64,000 bases of DNA. Source: Chlorokybus atmophyticus (Eukaryota; Plantae; Mesostigma and Chlorokybus algae). The notes below the pieces were generated by a model. It saw only the letters and a list, made by a program, of their open reading frames with translations, searched no databases and was not told the DNA's origin. Each line of letters begins with the position of its first letter. Within the stretch, counting starts at the first letter, position 1. Shown here one piece after another: positions 38,108 through 49,420 of this stretch. Where the stretch lies: positions 62,001 through 126,000 of the forward strand of contig RHPI01003578.1 of assembly GCA_009103225.1 (NCBI GenBank), in the 5' to 3' direction. The position numbers and the translations under genes were made by a program.

Positions 38108-40350
38108 TGGTCGTCCGAGACGGGGGCGGAGGAGGCGGTGGTGGAGGCGGAGGCGAAGAAGGTCACGAACAGTAATCTGGCGTCTAGGGGCGCAAGCGCT
38201 ATTCAGCGTCCAGGCTCGCGCCTAGCTGCGCTGTTTGCGCCTGCTGTCGGTTTCCTCGCAGGTGTGTTTAGCGACATGTGAACACCTGGTTGTATGCAGC
38301 TGCTTGGCTAGCTGGCGATTGCGAGCATGCAACCACGCGTGCACACAGGCTTACCGGTATGGTACCACACGACTACTGTACACCGCTCCCCGCTGCCCTT
38401 CGACGCCATGCAATTCGCTATGCTTGTCCAAGGCTCATCGTCCTCAACGTCAGCGGCTGTGCAATGGCTGCTATGCAGAGTGCACATTGTTTCCGTCCTT
38501 TCAACCTTCAGCACAACCCAACCTGTTCACGAAAACAACTTACTGAGCTTTTTCCATACAGTCAATGCAGCATGCAAAGTGATTGCGCCGTTGTCGTTGC
38601 TGTTTCATGCCACCAGCATGTTGTAGAGAACACTTCGCGCAGGTGACAGTGACTGTACAAGATGGTGCATTGGCGGGCGTGTTTGCAGTGCCTAGCATAC
38701 ACGAGACGGACAAAGCACTGGAGAAGCTAAGTGAAGGGCTGAAAGGGGTGCAGCATGAGGTGTTTCTAACCATATACTGCACAGCCATTGCGCAAAGGTG
38801 GTTGCTTTTGTCTTATCTTGCGAAAAGGCGAACTGTCATTGGTCTGGCACTTGTCTGCATGCACGTGTCAAGCATACCAGCTCACCTGCTTAGTAGTCGA
38901 GTTTGTTGCAGTCAGCTGGTTGCTATTCAGCCGCCTCCGGCGATAGCTTCCTGACTGTTTGGCGTTGTGAACCCTTACAGCGAAGCAAATGCGGTGCTTG
39001 GCAAGCATCGCAGGGCATGGCTGTGCGTGTTCGACTTCACCCATCAGGCATTGACAACACGCGTGACTCCGGTCATAACACACCTTATAACAAACATCTT
39101 TGCAGCACAGGGGACTGGTACTTCTCTACCATTGTCATCTAATGCAAGCGCGGTCCTCTCCTTTGCTCTGCTCAATGCTGGGCCATCAGACTGGCTCTAT
39201 GGCTCGGACGTTGCTGAGATCGAGGCCACCTATCTGCAGCCCATGTCGGAGGCGTCGAAGCCCGTGGCGACACTTGAAGTAAAAAGTCAAGTGCTGCTTC
39301 ACACGCAGACAATGGTAACAGTGCGCTGGGATGCTTCACGTAAGGTGTTTGTTCGCGTGAGGTGGTGGTTGTTGTCCCGCACTCAGAGCTGCCTTTCTTC
39401 ATCAAGCCGAACGACTGGCATGTAGACACATTGTAAGGCACGGCCGGGCGACTGCTTCATTTCCTCGTGTACATGCCAGCAGCTGATGAGTGCCCCCTCA
39501 GGCTTCAGCTGCCAGATGGCAATCTGTCCGCCACCAGTGGCTTCATCTCACCCGATTCTGGAGGAGTCGTGGTTTGCAATGCTGTGAACTCAGCATATCA
39601 GGCCAACCACAGAATGCTTCCTTTGCTCATCCTCCATTTCTTTATCTCTCTGCAGCGTCCATGCTGACACCTTCGCAGTCATCACTGCTCAAGTCTGTAG
39701 CACATTTTGCAACTTCCAGCCGCACTGCTCAGCGTTGTTGGCAATATCCGTGTTGCACACAAGCTGTCACTACGGCCATAGCCGAGTGGGAGGTGGATGT
39801 GCTCACCAGGCAGCAAGTGGCTGCAGACTTGAGATCCGCAGCTGAATGCTGCCTGCGTTTGTGACCTGCCTGATCTCGTCATACTGGACTCCATTGCTGC
39901 TCAGGTATGTGACCACGACAGACAAGCAAACATCATGGACCTCATCTCATTGAACTATCTTCATGGCATCTGCGCCATCTTGCACATGCTGGCGTTATTG
40001 CAGGTGCGTAAAGCTTTGGCTGCTGCCAATAAGCCCATCAGTGCAGCTTCGCACGGGTGCTATGATGATGCGGCTTCTCATGCACGCGAAGCACGCTTCT
40101 TTCTGTCTAAAGAAGCTTTCTTCACCCAAGTGTCATGTCCATGCTTTACTTCTCCTCTGAGCATGAGTCGGCCATATACACGGTAAGCACAGTAGTTCAC
40201 GTTTTGATTGTCCTACTGTCTTCGCACAAGTCTGTTGCTTACCTCACTGCTATGTGTGGACTCGCAGCCCTTCTTTGTTCCTACTGCAGTTCCAATTTTA
40301 TTAGGCACTGTTCGCGAACTGAGACGAAGGCGTGTAAAGAGCTGCCTCTG
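38108..40350 (+). pseudogene. PIGS: GPI transamidase subunit PIG-S (Gpi17)-like, frameshifted
   Basis: GLPVWYHTTTVHRSPLP, LSFALLNAGP..YLQP..VKSQVLLHT, GFISPDSGGVVVCN, IAEWEVDVL, DLPDLVILDSIAAQ, AFF/..SMLYFSSEHESAIYT, PILLGTVRELRRR; at least two frame changes inside exons (~39850, ~40120); start approximate. Confidence 0.8.
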
Positions 40351-40794
40351 TGAGCATGCACTCGCCACCGTGTGAGAGTGGCAATGGGAGGGGGCCGAGC
40401 AGTCCAATGCACTATGCCAGCAGCAAGAGAGATCAGAGCTTGCCTATCACGTGCCAACACACCTCCCATCATGCTATTGCAATCTTTGTACACATGCGCA
40501 ATCATAAGGTTGTTCAGCCTAGATAGCCCCTATAATCATCTCTCATCGTCTCTTCACACGCACATGCTGGTGTGTGCATGCGTGCACGTGTAAGGAAGCC
40601 ACATGCTATACCGCTCAGAGTGGTATGGCTTAATGTGTTGCTTGCTTCAAGCAAATTGAACCGAGAGCCCCCTTCACTTGTGTTCACTGACATTCATGCA
40701 ACCTCTTCACACTGGTGATAACCTGCAGTCATGCTTTGTGACACAGTGCATGACAGGTAGTTGATGGCCGGCGGCGGCAAGCTGACCTCAGCTG

Positions 40795-42132
40795 CTAGCC
40801 TTGTGCTGGTGCTTCACCTTGTTCTCCTCCGACTCGATGTCCTCCTGACTGTCCATCCCAACTCCAACAGCATGGCGCATGCTTCCGCGCGTGCAGCAGC
40901 TCCAGCAGCAGCAGCAGCAGCTTGCCCGTGACCATGCCCACGACGACAGCGACGACGGACGATGCTCCCCAGGCGTCTGTCAAAGCTTCGGCACCACTCT
41001 TCCAGCTGCTTAGCGGAGAGGGCGGGGAGGAGGACGATGAGGGCGAGGATGAGGGCGAGGATGAGGGGCTTGATGGCGCAGCTGAGCAGGTGTGAAACTT
41101 GATTGCTGGTGTCACAACTTGTGCAAGCATTTTGCGGTATTGCTTATGTGATTTGTGTGTTAAAACGTATGATTGCTTCACAAAGTCGGGCAATGTGCAA
41201 CAATAGTAGCCACAACGACGATGACACCAAACCAACAACAACAGCTTGTTACCTTCTGCATTGTCGTTTCATGTTCAGGAAAACCTCGCAGCTGAGCCAG
41301 TGTCCACGACAAGGGGGGGTAACCATGAAACAGAACACCCTGCATATCATCAAGTAGGCGCTTCTCTTTGAAGCCCAAGTTCTTGCCACGAGCCTGGTCC
41401 CAGAAGGCATACTGGCGCGAGTCGTGCGTGAACTTGTAGATGCGTCCGTCCATGGCCATGATGACATCACCAGCATCACGAACCGGGGTGGCGTCCAACA
41501 GCGTCGGCGCCTCATCAGCGTCATCACCAATGTCTTTTGCTCGATGCAGGCGTGGAATCTTAGGCAGATGTCCCTCAGCATCAACGACAGAGTGAGTAGC
41601 AATGGGAGCAACGTTCGAAACCCATGCGAGCGTGGACTCAACAGCCAGACGCATGCTCAAATCACCATCGGGAGGATGCAACAGATTGACGCCCCAAACA
41701 GGCGAGCGTTCATGCATCATGGGCACGAGCACTGACTCTACCATCACCTTTTCCCATCCCGTGTCTCTGCCTGTTCAGAGCTCGCAAATGACCGCACAAC
41801 CAGCTGGGATTGGAGTTCCAATACAAGGAGAGCTTGTTTCGGAGTGTGAGGGACTCCACGAAGCGGCCAGATGGTGGGGTGACAGGCTGCGCGTCACTCC
41901 AGAGCTCGAGCGTGGCGGTGCGGGGCCTGGCGTAGACAGCACCTCCCGTAGGCGCTGCCGAAATGCCTGCCGCTGGCGCTGTAGTTGGCGTTGCTGAATG
42001 CGCAGCAGGTTGGAAAGTGGCAGCTGGTACGGGCGGGCCTTGCTCTGGCGTTGCTTGTGCTGTAGCGCCCGTCTGAACTTCACCACCATCCCCCTCTTCC
42101 CCCATCCTCGTGTATGCAGTCTCATGCAGCAC
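40795..42132 (-). CDS. Unidentified gene or gene remnant with Ser/Pro-rich stalk and a hydrophobic C-terminal segment
   Basis: Three successive minus-strand frames (41710-42132, 41178-41747, 40795-41241), donor AAG/GTAACA near 41260, PSSPSSSP repeats then VVAVVVGMVTGKLLLLLL; no family recognised. Confidence 0.35.
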
Positions 42133-43204
42133 TCAGGCTATACAGCAAGCAGCATGAATAACACAACAAAGGCCTCAACAACAAGCTCAGCGCCACCGCC
42201 GTCGCTGCTGCTTAAGTAGAATAACAACGACAACAACTACGGCGTGCAGGCTCACAGGGCCCTGCAAGGTAAGCTTCACAAGCTACCGATTGCGTAACTC
42301 GATTATGATTATGTTAGCAGAGGGTGCAGGCTGAGGGGCGCGTTCGATGCCCGCCTGCATCCTCTGCAGTGGCGGATTTACTGACGGCCGACGTCAGTTG
42401 CGGTCAGCCAGTAACGTCGGCCGTCGAGCATCGGCTAATGTGCGAGTACAAGACTTCCCCAACTCACCGTGAACAACCTTGCCCAAACAGGTGACGCAGG
42501 GAACTTAATGCAAACATCTGCCAGTATTCAAGCGCTGCGATTGGACGGCACGGCAGGTCAAACACATTCTTCATCCTCAAGTCACCCACATTTCCGTAAT
42601 TTCCTTCACGATTGTGTATGAAGAATAAGAACACAGGTACCGGTAGCCGTATGTACATAAACGGCTACCGGCTTATGGATGTATATACATGTATACATAT
42701 ATATATTGTATATACATACGTATATGTACATATATATACATATTTATGGATAACTACCATATTCATGCATGCAATCCATTCAACAATTCTTGCGGCACGT
42801 GAGACCATTGAGACAGCTCATTATAAGGTGATAATGGTTACAGTTTTCATCCTAGGTGTGTTGTGTCGTTGTAGTCTAATCGGTCAGGGTTTAGGTCTGA
42901 GGTCCTTGCTTGCAAATCCAACAGGCGCGTCCACATAAGTTCGCAACCCGATGACGTGATCGCAAACCTCGCTGCGTTGCGACGTTTTTGGGTTTTTGCC
43001 GCGAACTGCGGCCATATCATTTTTGGGTTACATCACGCAATAAGTTTAATTACCTTAATATATGATCCAATCTAAAAATAGTACATGATGTGGGCATTGT
43101 TAAGTTCAAGAAAAGACGGATACCGAACTGAATGCACACCAACTACTTGACCTTAATGGCAGCCAAATACCAAACTTGGTTGTGGCTGCAGCAGGAAAAA
43201 ATGC

Positions 43205-43272
43205 AAAATCCGTTACGTTGCTTACATGCGGATCCCTAAAATCCGATACGTTGCTTACATGCGGATCCCTAA
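43205..43272. repeat. 33-bp tandem duplication
   Basis: AAAATCCG[T/A]TACGTTGCTTACATGCGGATCCCT twice, one mismatch. Confidence 0.9.
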
Positions 43273-44642
43273 GTAAATTATAGCTAGATTCTCCATTTAA
43301 GTTGAGGGCAAGGCCGAACTGTTGGGGGGCCGTTTCTATCGGTGCAAGGTGCCTAAGGTTCAGCAGCACCTACTTGCAGCACCCCCTGGTCCCGCGCCCT
43401 GAGCATAGCAGCAGCATTGAGCTACCCCGACCGACAGTGACACCCCGGGTCACCTGTGGGTGACTGTCTGAGACATTTGTCAAAAATTAATGTGTGTGTA
43501 CGTGGTTAAACAGTCATGTGCACAAGTTTTGTACATCGATGTGTGTGCGCGTGTGCGTGTGCGTGTGTACACATGCATACACACACGCATGACTGTGCAC
43601 ACGCGCGCCCGCGCTTGCATGCATTGCGTGGGTGTACTTCAAGCACGCATACATACACACAACCTTATCCTCACGGCACCTTCAAGCAAGAATTGCATGC
43701 CAGCTGCTTTGTTAAAGGCACCAACCACGCCTCCTCCACCAAGCAGCTTTTAGTTGTCAGCACTTTGCTTAAGCATCCGCCTGTGTAACCTAACATGTTC
43801 GCTTGCACTACATCAACTATGCAACTGGAAGCAACTTTCTGATTAAGCTGATCTGGCCAATGCACAGCTGCGGGCACAAGGCATGCAGCTCCTGCTTAGA
43901 AGTTGACATGTGCAGTTGCACCAACCTACTTGAAGTCAATATGTCGATCAAGCTAGCAGCCATCAGCTGCCGACTTGGTGTAATTGCGCAAAACAACAGG
44001 CATGAATGCTTACTGACTCACAATGCTAATGCATCCGCAATTTCATCAGCCAAGAGCTAACACAAGACAACTCAATTGTGACATGCATTAGCAACATCAC
44101 TCATGCATGAGCACCGGAATAATTGGCACTTACAATAATAGCACAGTTGCTCACGGCAGGTCAAACAAGAGCTGCACCTAGTTTAATCTCACCGTTAGCA
44201 AGCCAGCATCAGCAAGTGTTGATAACAACAGTGGCAGCAGCAGCGGCGGCTGTAACAGTGCGCATGCTTGCCGAAAGACTACAGCAGCAATGCTACGTCT
44301 AACAATCGCTTTGGCTGCTAGCAGCAGCGCATCTAGCTTCGACAAAATGAACAACCCATTGCTCATGCCCGCACCATCACCGCCGCCGCCGCCAGCTGGA
44401 TTGCAGCAGCACCAACAATGACAGCTTATCCAATTCCATTTGTATGTCCACAAGCGCGGATAACCACAATGTTAGCATCTTGCGCTCTCTGCTGGCGTAA
44501 GGCCGACCCAATCTGAGTCAGCGGTACAGTATGTAATGAGCTGCAGACCGCAGTGCCTGGTGCGCTAGCACCGCCGTGGTACCGGGCCGGTGCTGCTCTG
44601 GTTAGCAAGTCGCAGAGCACAGCGACCAACCCTGGTCCTATA

Positions 44643-44816
44643 CAGTCTAACCTCGATAAGTGCATATTCGATAAGTGCATATCCGCGATAAGTGCATGGT
44701 TTTGCCCAACACCAATGCATGCTCTACTGGTAGTATAAGGCAGCGTAAGTGCATATCCGCGATAAGTGCATAGAAAGAGGTGTTCCCGATGGTATGCTCT
44801 TATTGAGGTTAGACTG
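44643..44816. mobile_element. MITE (174 bp), Tc1/pogo(Tigger)-like CAGTC termini
   Basis: 24-bp TIRs CAGTCTAACCTC[G/A]ATAAG[T/A]GCATA, TA on both sides, internal GATAAGTGCAT repeated five times. Confidence 0.9.
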
Positions 44817-44839
44817 TAGCTCAGGCCGCGTGCTGACCA

Positions 44840-45030
44840 GTGCTGTATCGGTGTACAAGCCACAGGACACACGACCAGCCCTAGTCCGGTCATTCGGACC
44901 ATACTGGCGGGCTCCCGGGGCGGACCACCGGTGGTCCGATCACGCCGAACCAGTTGCGGCAGTGGTACGCTGAGCTGTGCCAGACGTGGCCTGCGCGCCG
45001 CCTCTTACTGGTTCGCGCGTATAACGCCGG
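44840..45030. repeat. Left arm of a diverged inverted repeat whose partner is 46606-46728 + 47202-47212 + 48145-48204
   Basis: Reverse complement (..ACGCGCGAACCAGTAAGAGGCGGCGCGCAGGCCACGTCTGGCAC..GACCACCGGTGGTCCG..GCCCGCC..TATGGTCC..AGGGCTGGTCG..) aligns collinearly to the right arm once the MITE and TRIM insertions are removed; ~75% by eye. Confidence 0.75.
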
Positions 45031-45575
45031 GTGCTACACAGGCTCCATCTCTCCTCCACCTGCTCCAAATGACGCCTGCTCCTGCGCAGTACTTCAGCGG
45101 CAGTACATAATCAACGTAGCTGTACATAGCTGTAGCTGTACTGTACAGTCTGTACATAAGCATCTGGTACAGTGATATACTACATGCTACTGGCCACAGT
45201 GTGCAATGCAGCATTCCCAGCTCACATTTGCTCATCTTGTGCACTCATGCAGCATTGTGCACTCATGCAGCATTCACAGCTGGAGTGCGCCCCACCACTT
45301 GCTTTTGCTAAAAACATGACAAGCAGTAATTAAGTATTGGGTTCAAGGAAGAGCTGATGCATCAAGAATTAAGCAATAAGTTTAAACGTCCACAGTTTAC
45401 AAACTACTGGGACTTTATGTCAATGTACATGCCGGTAAAAATGCGTACGGTGTCTAGCAGTGACTTCGCACTCCTGCCATCTTTAACGATTTTTCGGTTT
45501 TAACCCTCCTCCAGCACAACCTTTTTACTACCTCAAAGGGGGATAACTCTTGGTTTGATGCTATGCATTGACCAC

Positions 45576-46389
45576 TCACATCCCATCTGACGATAGCTTC
45601 CTAAAGTAGTCCACTCTTATCTTGTAATTGTCAAGCACCTTGGTCACCACGGCAATCCATAGCCCCGGGTGAAGGTGACTGCTTCCTCTTTTATGGGGTA
45701 GGCGAAAGTCCCACACAGACGCCCGCACATCTTTCACGTGCAAGACTTCACCCTCTGCTGGCCAGCGGGGGACTGCAACATCCGCCGCTGTTACTTTAAT
45801 ATCAAAGGATGCATAGTTGTACGCAAGCATGCCATTATAGTTTCATCATAGCAGCAGCCAAATCTTGCGCAAAATATGGTCTGCACGAAACAATGCCCTG
45901 CGGTTTATGCTGGGGCCCAGCTTGCTTGCCCAAATGTCTCGATCACAGAGATACTCTCTGTCTTTATCGCACTCCACCAGGTGGCGAGCAACTGCGTAGA
46001 TGGTGGCATTCTCGGCAAAACGGTTGTGAATAAGATCCTCAACTCTGCAGCATGTTTCATCTTCCTTAATGACATCGTCTGCCTTGCCTGTATGTACACT
46101 GCTTGCACGCTTTGACCTAAAAACACGCTATATGAGCAATAGGTGGGGTGTACCTGTAGATAAGTCTGTTGCGGAAAAGGGCCGTATAGCTCCAAACAGT
46201 GCATGGTATGTCACCTTGGATATTCTCCTCTTCCCCCAATAATCGCTCTAGCTCGTCATTCAGCTTTTTGACGCGAGACGTGCTTGGCGTGCGACAGCTG
46301 AGGATAATCTTGTGCAAAATCCCAGAGTTGCTTAGCCTGTTCTTGTGCGCGGTCAGTGTTAAAGGTTTGCCCGCCCATGACTTTGGCAC
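45576..46389 (-). pseudogene. Unidentified coding fragments lying between the inverted arms
   Basis: Protein-like frames 46117-46389, 45905-46204, 45576-45830 (e.g. WIAVVTKVLDNYKIRVDYFRK); no family recognised. Confidence 0.3.
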
Positions 46390-46730
46390 AAGCAGCCATC
46401 AACTGGTTAGCTCGCTAGGGCAGCAGAACACCAGCCCATTAATCCTCTCGTAGGGTGTTTGGAGTGGAGAGGAACCATTGGCGCTGTAATCTGCAGCATG
46501 GGCATTTATAAGCAAATGAAGTGCATGCGTACATATTGTTAGGCAATGAAGTTGCTCGAGTACCTGCGCGCGAAAGAGAGCTCATACTCCTTGAAGTTAC
46601 ACAAGGTGTTTACGCGCGGACCAGTCGGAGGCGGCGCGCAGACCACGTCTGGCACGTTAAAGCGTACCAGTGCCGCGAGTGGTCCTGCGTGACCTGACCA
46701 CCGGTTGTCCGACCTCGAAGCCCGCCGATA

Positions 46731-47199
46731 CAGTCTTACCCCGCTAAGAGAATTCGTCTTAAGAGCATAACCCCGCTTAAAGCATGAAAAATGAAATTAC
46801 CAAACATCATAGAGGCAAGTGTTGCACCTTAAAAGAATATGACTATTCGCGAAGAGCATATTTGTTTTTCCTGAAGTTTGCGTGGGTTTCATAGGTTTAA
46901 ATGAGGGGTGTGATATTAAGTTGAATGTCACGCATGACGGGTAAGGTGATAGGCGTGATAAGTGTGACGAGTAGGGCATGACGGGTAATCCATCAGACGT
47001 ACTTGGTGTGGTGACGTGATGGGTGCAATGTAATGAGCGCGACGTGTTATGCGTGAGGTGATGAGAAACCCTCGTAGATAGCATATTTATGCTCTTGATG
47101 TCCAAGAGCATATTATGATCTTAGGCGTCAAGTGGAAAACCTCGCTAACAGCATAAGATGACGCGGGATAAACAGTATGCTCATAACGAGGGTAGACTG
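46731..47199. mobile_element. MITE (469 bp), same CAGTC/TA family as 44643-44816
   Basis: Termini CAGTCTTACCCCGCTAAGAG and (reverse complement) CAGTCTACCCTCGTTATGAG; TA at 46729-46730 and 47200-47201. Confidence 0.85.
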
Positions 47200-47212
47200 T
47201 ATGGTCCCCTCC

Positions 47213-48139
47213 TGTAACAATTGGGGCCCGACCACTAGGCTATGGTAGTAAAAGACACTACCATGAGTGAGGTCTGTCACAATTTATCCCAATTCGTGAC
47301 ATTCCTCCCCAATTTAACCCATGAGTTCCTCATAATCCAATGAGGCACTAGCCCACGTCGCCGTTTTCGCGGCCGTACCACAATCGGTCTGCCCGCGGCC
47401 TGTTGGATCCGGCCACCGAACGGTCCTGACCGACCGAACGGCCATCCTCACCGCGCGACCTGCCATCGCAGCGCGACCGCTCATGCGGCCTTAGGTTGAA
47501 CTGGCTCGGCGCGCAGGTCGTGATCCCGCGCCCAGCCTAGGGCAAGCCGCCCCAAATGTTTTTGTTTTTGCCTTGGATCTGCCTCAGTCCCCTACGGGAA
47601 TTGAACCTGAGACGTCAAGCTCCGAAACCATTGTAACAATTGGGGCCCGACCACTAGGCTATGGTAGTAAAAGACACTACCATGAGTGAGGTCTGTCACA
47701 ATTTATCCCAATTCGTGACATTCCTCCCCAATTTAACCCATGAGTTCCTCATAATCCAATGAGGCACTAGCCCACGTCGCCGTTTTCGCGGCCGTACCAC
47801 AATCGGTCTGCCCGCGGCCTGTTGGATCCGGCCACCGAACGGTCCTGACCGACCGAACGGCCATCCTCACCGCGCGACCTGCCATCGCAGCGCGACCGCT
47901 CATGCGGCCTTAGGTTGAACTGGCTCGGCGCGCAGGTCGTGATCCCGCGCCCAGCCTAGGGCAAGCCGCCCCAAATGTTTTTGTTTTTGCCTTGGATCTG
48001 CCTCAGTCCCCTACGGGAATTGAACCTGAGACGTCAAGCTCCGAAACCATTGTAACAATTGGGGCCCGACCACTAGGCTATGGTAGTAAAAGACACTACC
48101 ATGAGTGAGGTCTGTCACAATTTATCCCAATTCGTGACA
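47213..48139 (-). mobile_element. TRIM-2 tandem array (LTR-internal-LTR-internal-LTR), 927 bp
   Basis: Three 89-bp TG...CA LTRs (47213-47301, 47632-47720, 48051-48139), 419-bp period, copies identical by eye; single 5-bp TSD CCTCC; PBS-like TGGTTTCGGAGC; PPT GGGGAGGAA. Confidence 0.95.
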
Positions 48140-48206
48140 CCTCCCCAATAACTGAACCAGGGCTGGTCGCGTGCCCCGCGGCCTAAAAACCAGTGCAGCA
48201 CTAGTA

Positions 48207-48634
48207 CAGTCTACCCTCGCTAAGAGCATACTGTTTATCTTGCGTCATCTTATGCTGTTGGCGGGGTTATGCACTTGACGCCTAAGATCATAATATGCTC
48301 TCTGACATCAAGAGCATAAATATGCTATTTACGAGGGTTACTCATCACATCACGCATAACGCGTCACGCTCATTACACCACACCTATCATGTCATCATAG
48401 CAAGTACATCCATTGGATTACCCGTCATGCCCTACTCGTCACACTTATCATGCCTACCACCTTACCCGTCATGCGTGACACCCACCTTACTAGCATACCC
48501 CTCACTTAAACCTATGAAACCTACGAAAACTTCAGGAAAAACAATTATGCTCTTCGCGAATAGTTATATTCTATTGAGGTGCAACATTTGCTGCTATGAT
48601 GTTTGGTTATTTAAATTTTTCATGCTTTAAGCGG
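48207..48634. mobile_element. Second, inverted and one-end-truncated copy of the 469-bp MITE
   Basis: TA+CAGTCTACCCTCGCTAAGAG at 48205; reverse complement aligns to 46773-47199; lacks the last ~42 bp including the second TIR. Confidence 0.85.
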
Positions 48635-48814
48635 TCCAACCAGCGTGCAACAGACCGGCACATTCAAACAGTTTGAATAATCGCCAGTGCTAACGGTCGA
48701 TGATAGATACCTTGCCCCGATTGCAGCAGTAACATACGCCGCGCGCCAGCGGAGATTCACAACTCCAGTGACGCGGGCCGCGGCGCGATGATTGCGCTTC
48801 ATAGTCCGCGAGTG

Positions 48815-49346
48815 TGTGGTGTTTGTTAATGACTGAGTATGCTAAGAGAGCATATTCAGCCGTTTATAAGCATTACACAGCCTCTCATAGTAGCGGTTTT
48901 GCTACTGTGGCTAAGTCGGTTAAAGCCAGGTTCCACAATGCTATCGGAGCTAAAGGTCTCGAGTTGGAGTCCCACCGGGCGCAAAAAGTTGCGCACGAGT
49001 GGGTAGAACAAGACCGCGTTTAGAACGATCCAAGTCCGAATTAAGACCGGGTACGGCTGACTTAGTCGGCGCGCAGAGTCCCTCCTGCGCGTGCCAACGT
49101 GGCAAGTCGCCGCGGATAACTATGCGGTATGACCGGCTAGAGGCAGGTTATGACCGGACGTGAGTCAGCCCTGTCAGTTTGTAGGTGGCTGTTCAGGTAG
49201 TTCACGGTTAAAGCCGGGTTGAATGTGGTGCTTGTTAATAACTGAGTATGCTAAGAGAGCATATTCAGCCGTTTATAAGCATTACACAGCCTCTCATAGT
49301 AGCGATTTTGCTACTGTGGCTAAGTCGGTTAAAGCCAGGTTCCACA
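48815..49346 (+). mobile_element. TRIM-3, 532 bp
   Basis: 123-bp TG...CA direct repeats 48815-48937 and 49224-49346 (3 mismatches seen); PBS-like TGCTATCGGAGC at 48939-48950; imperfect TSD GAGTG/GACTG; PPT poorly defined. Confidence 0.85.
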
Positions 49347-49420
49347 GACTGCCACAATGTCCTGACCACAATGTCCTGACAGGGGCAAACTGCACCGCGT
49401 GTCGCTGGAGATTCCCCAAC

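Noticed and set aside
42367-43401. Possible hAT-like element (CAGTGGCGG... / ...CGCGCCCTG) with an internal 12-bp inverted repeat at 42383-42425
   Set aside because: Ends match poorly and no 8-bp TSD is present
47213-48139. Regularly spaced repeats that could suggest a CRISPR array
   Set aside because: Spacers are identical, repeats are 89-bp TG..CA LTRs with PBS, PPT and TSD; eukaryotic context and no cas genes
46773-48634. A single foldback element with ~430-bp TIRs
   Set aside because: The left arm is itself a complete TA-flanked MITE with its own TIRs; the arms are two independent, oppositely oriented MITE copies
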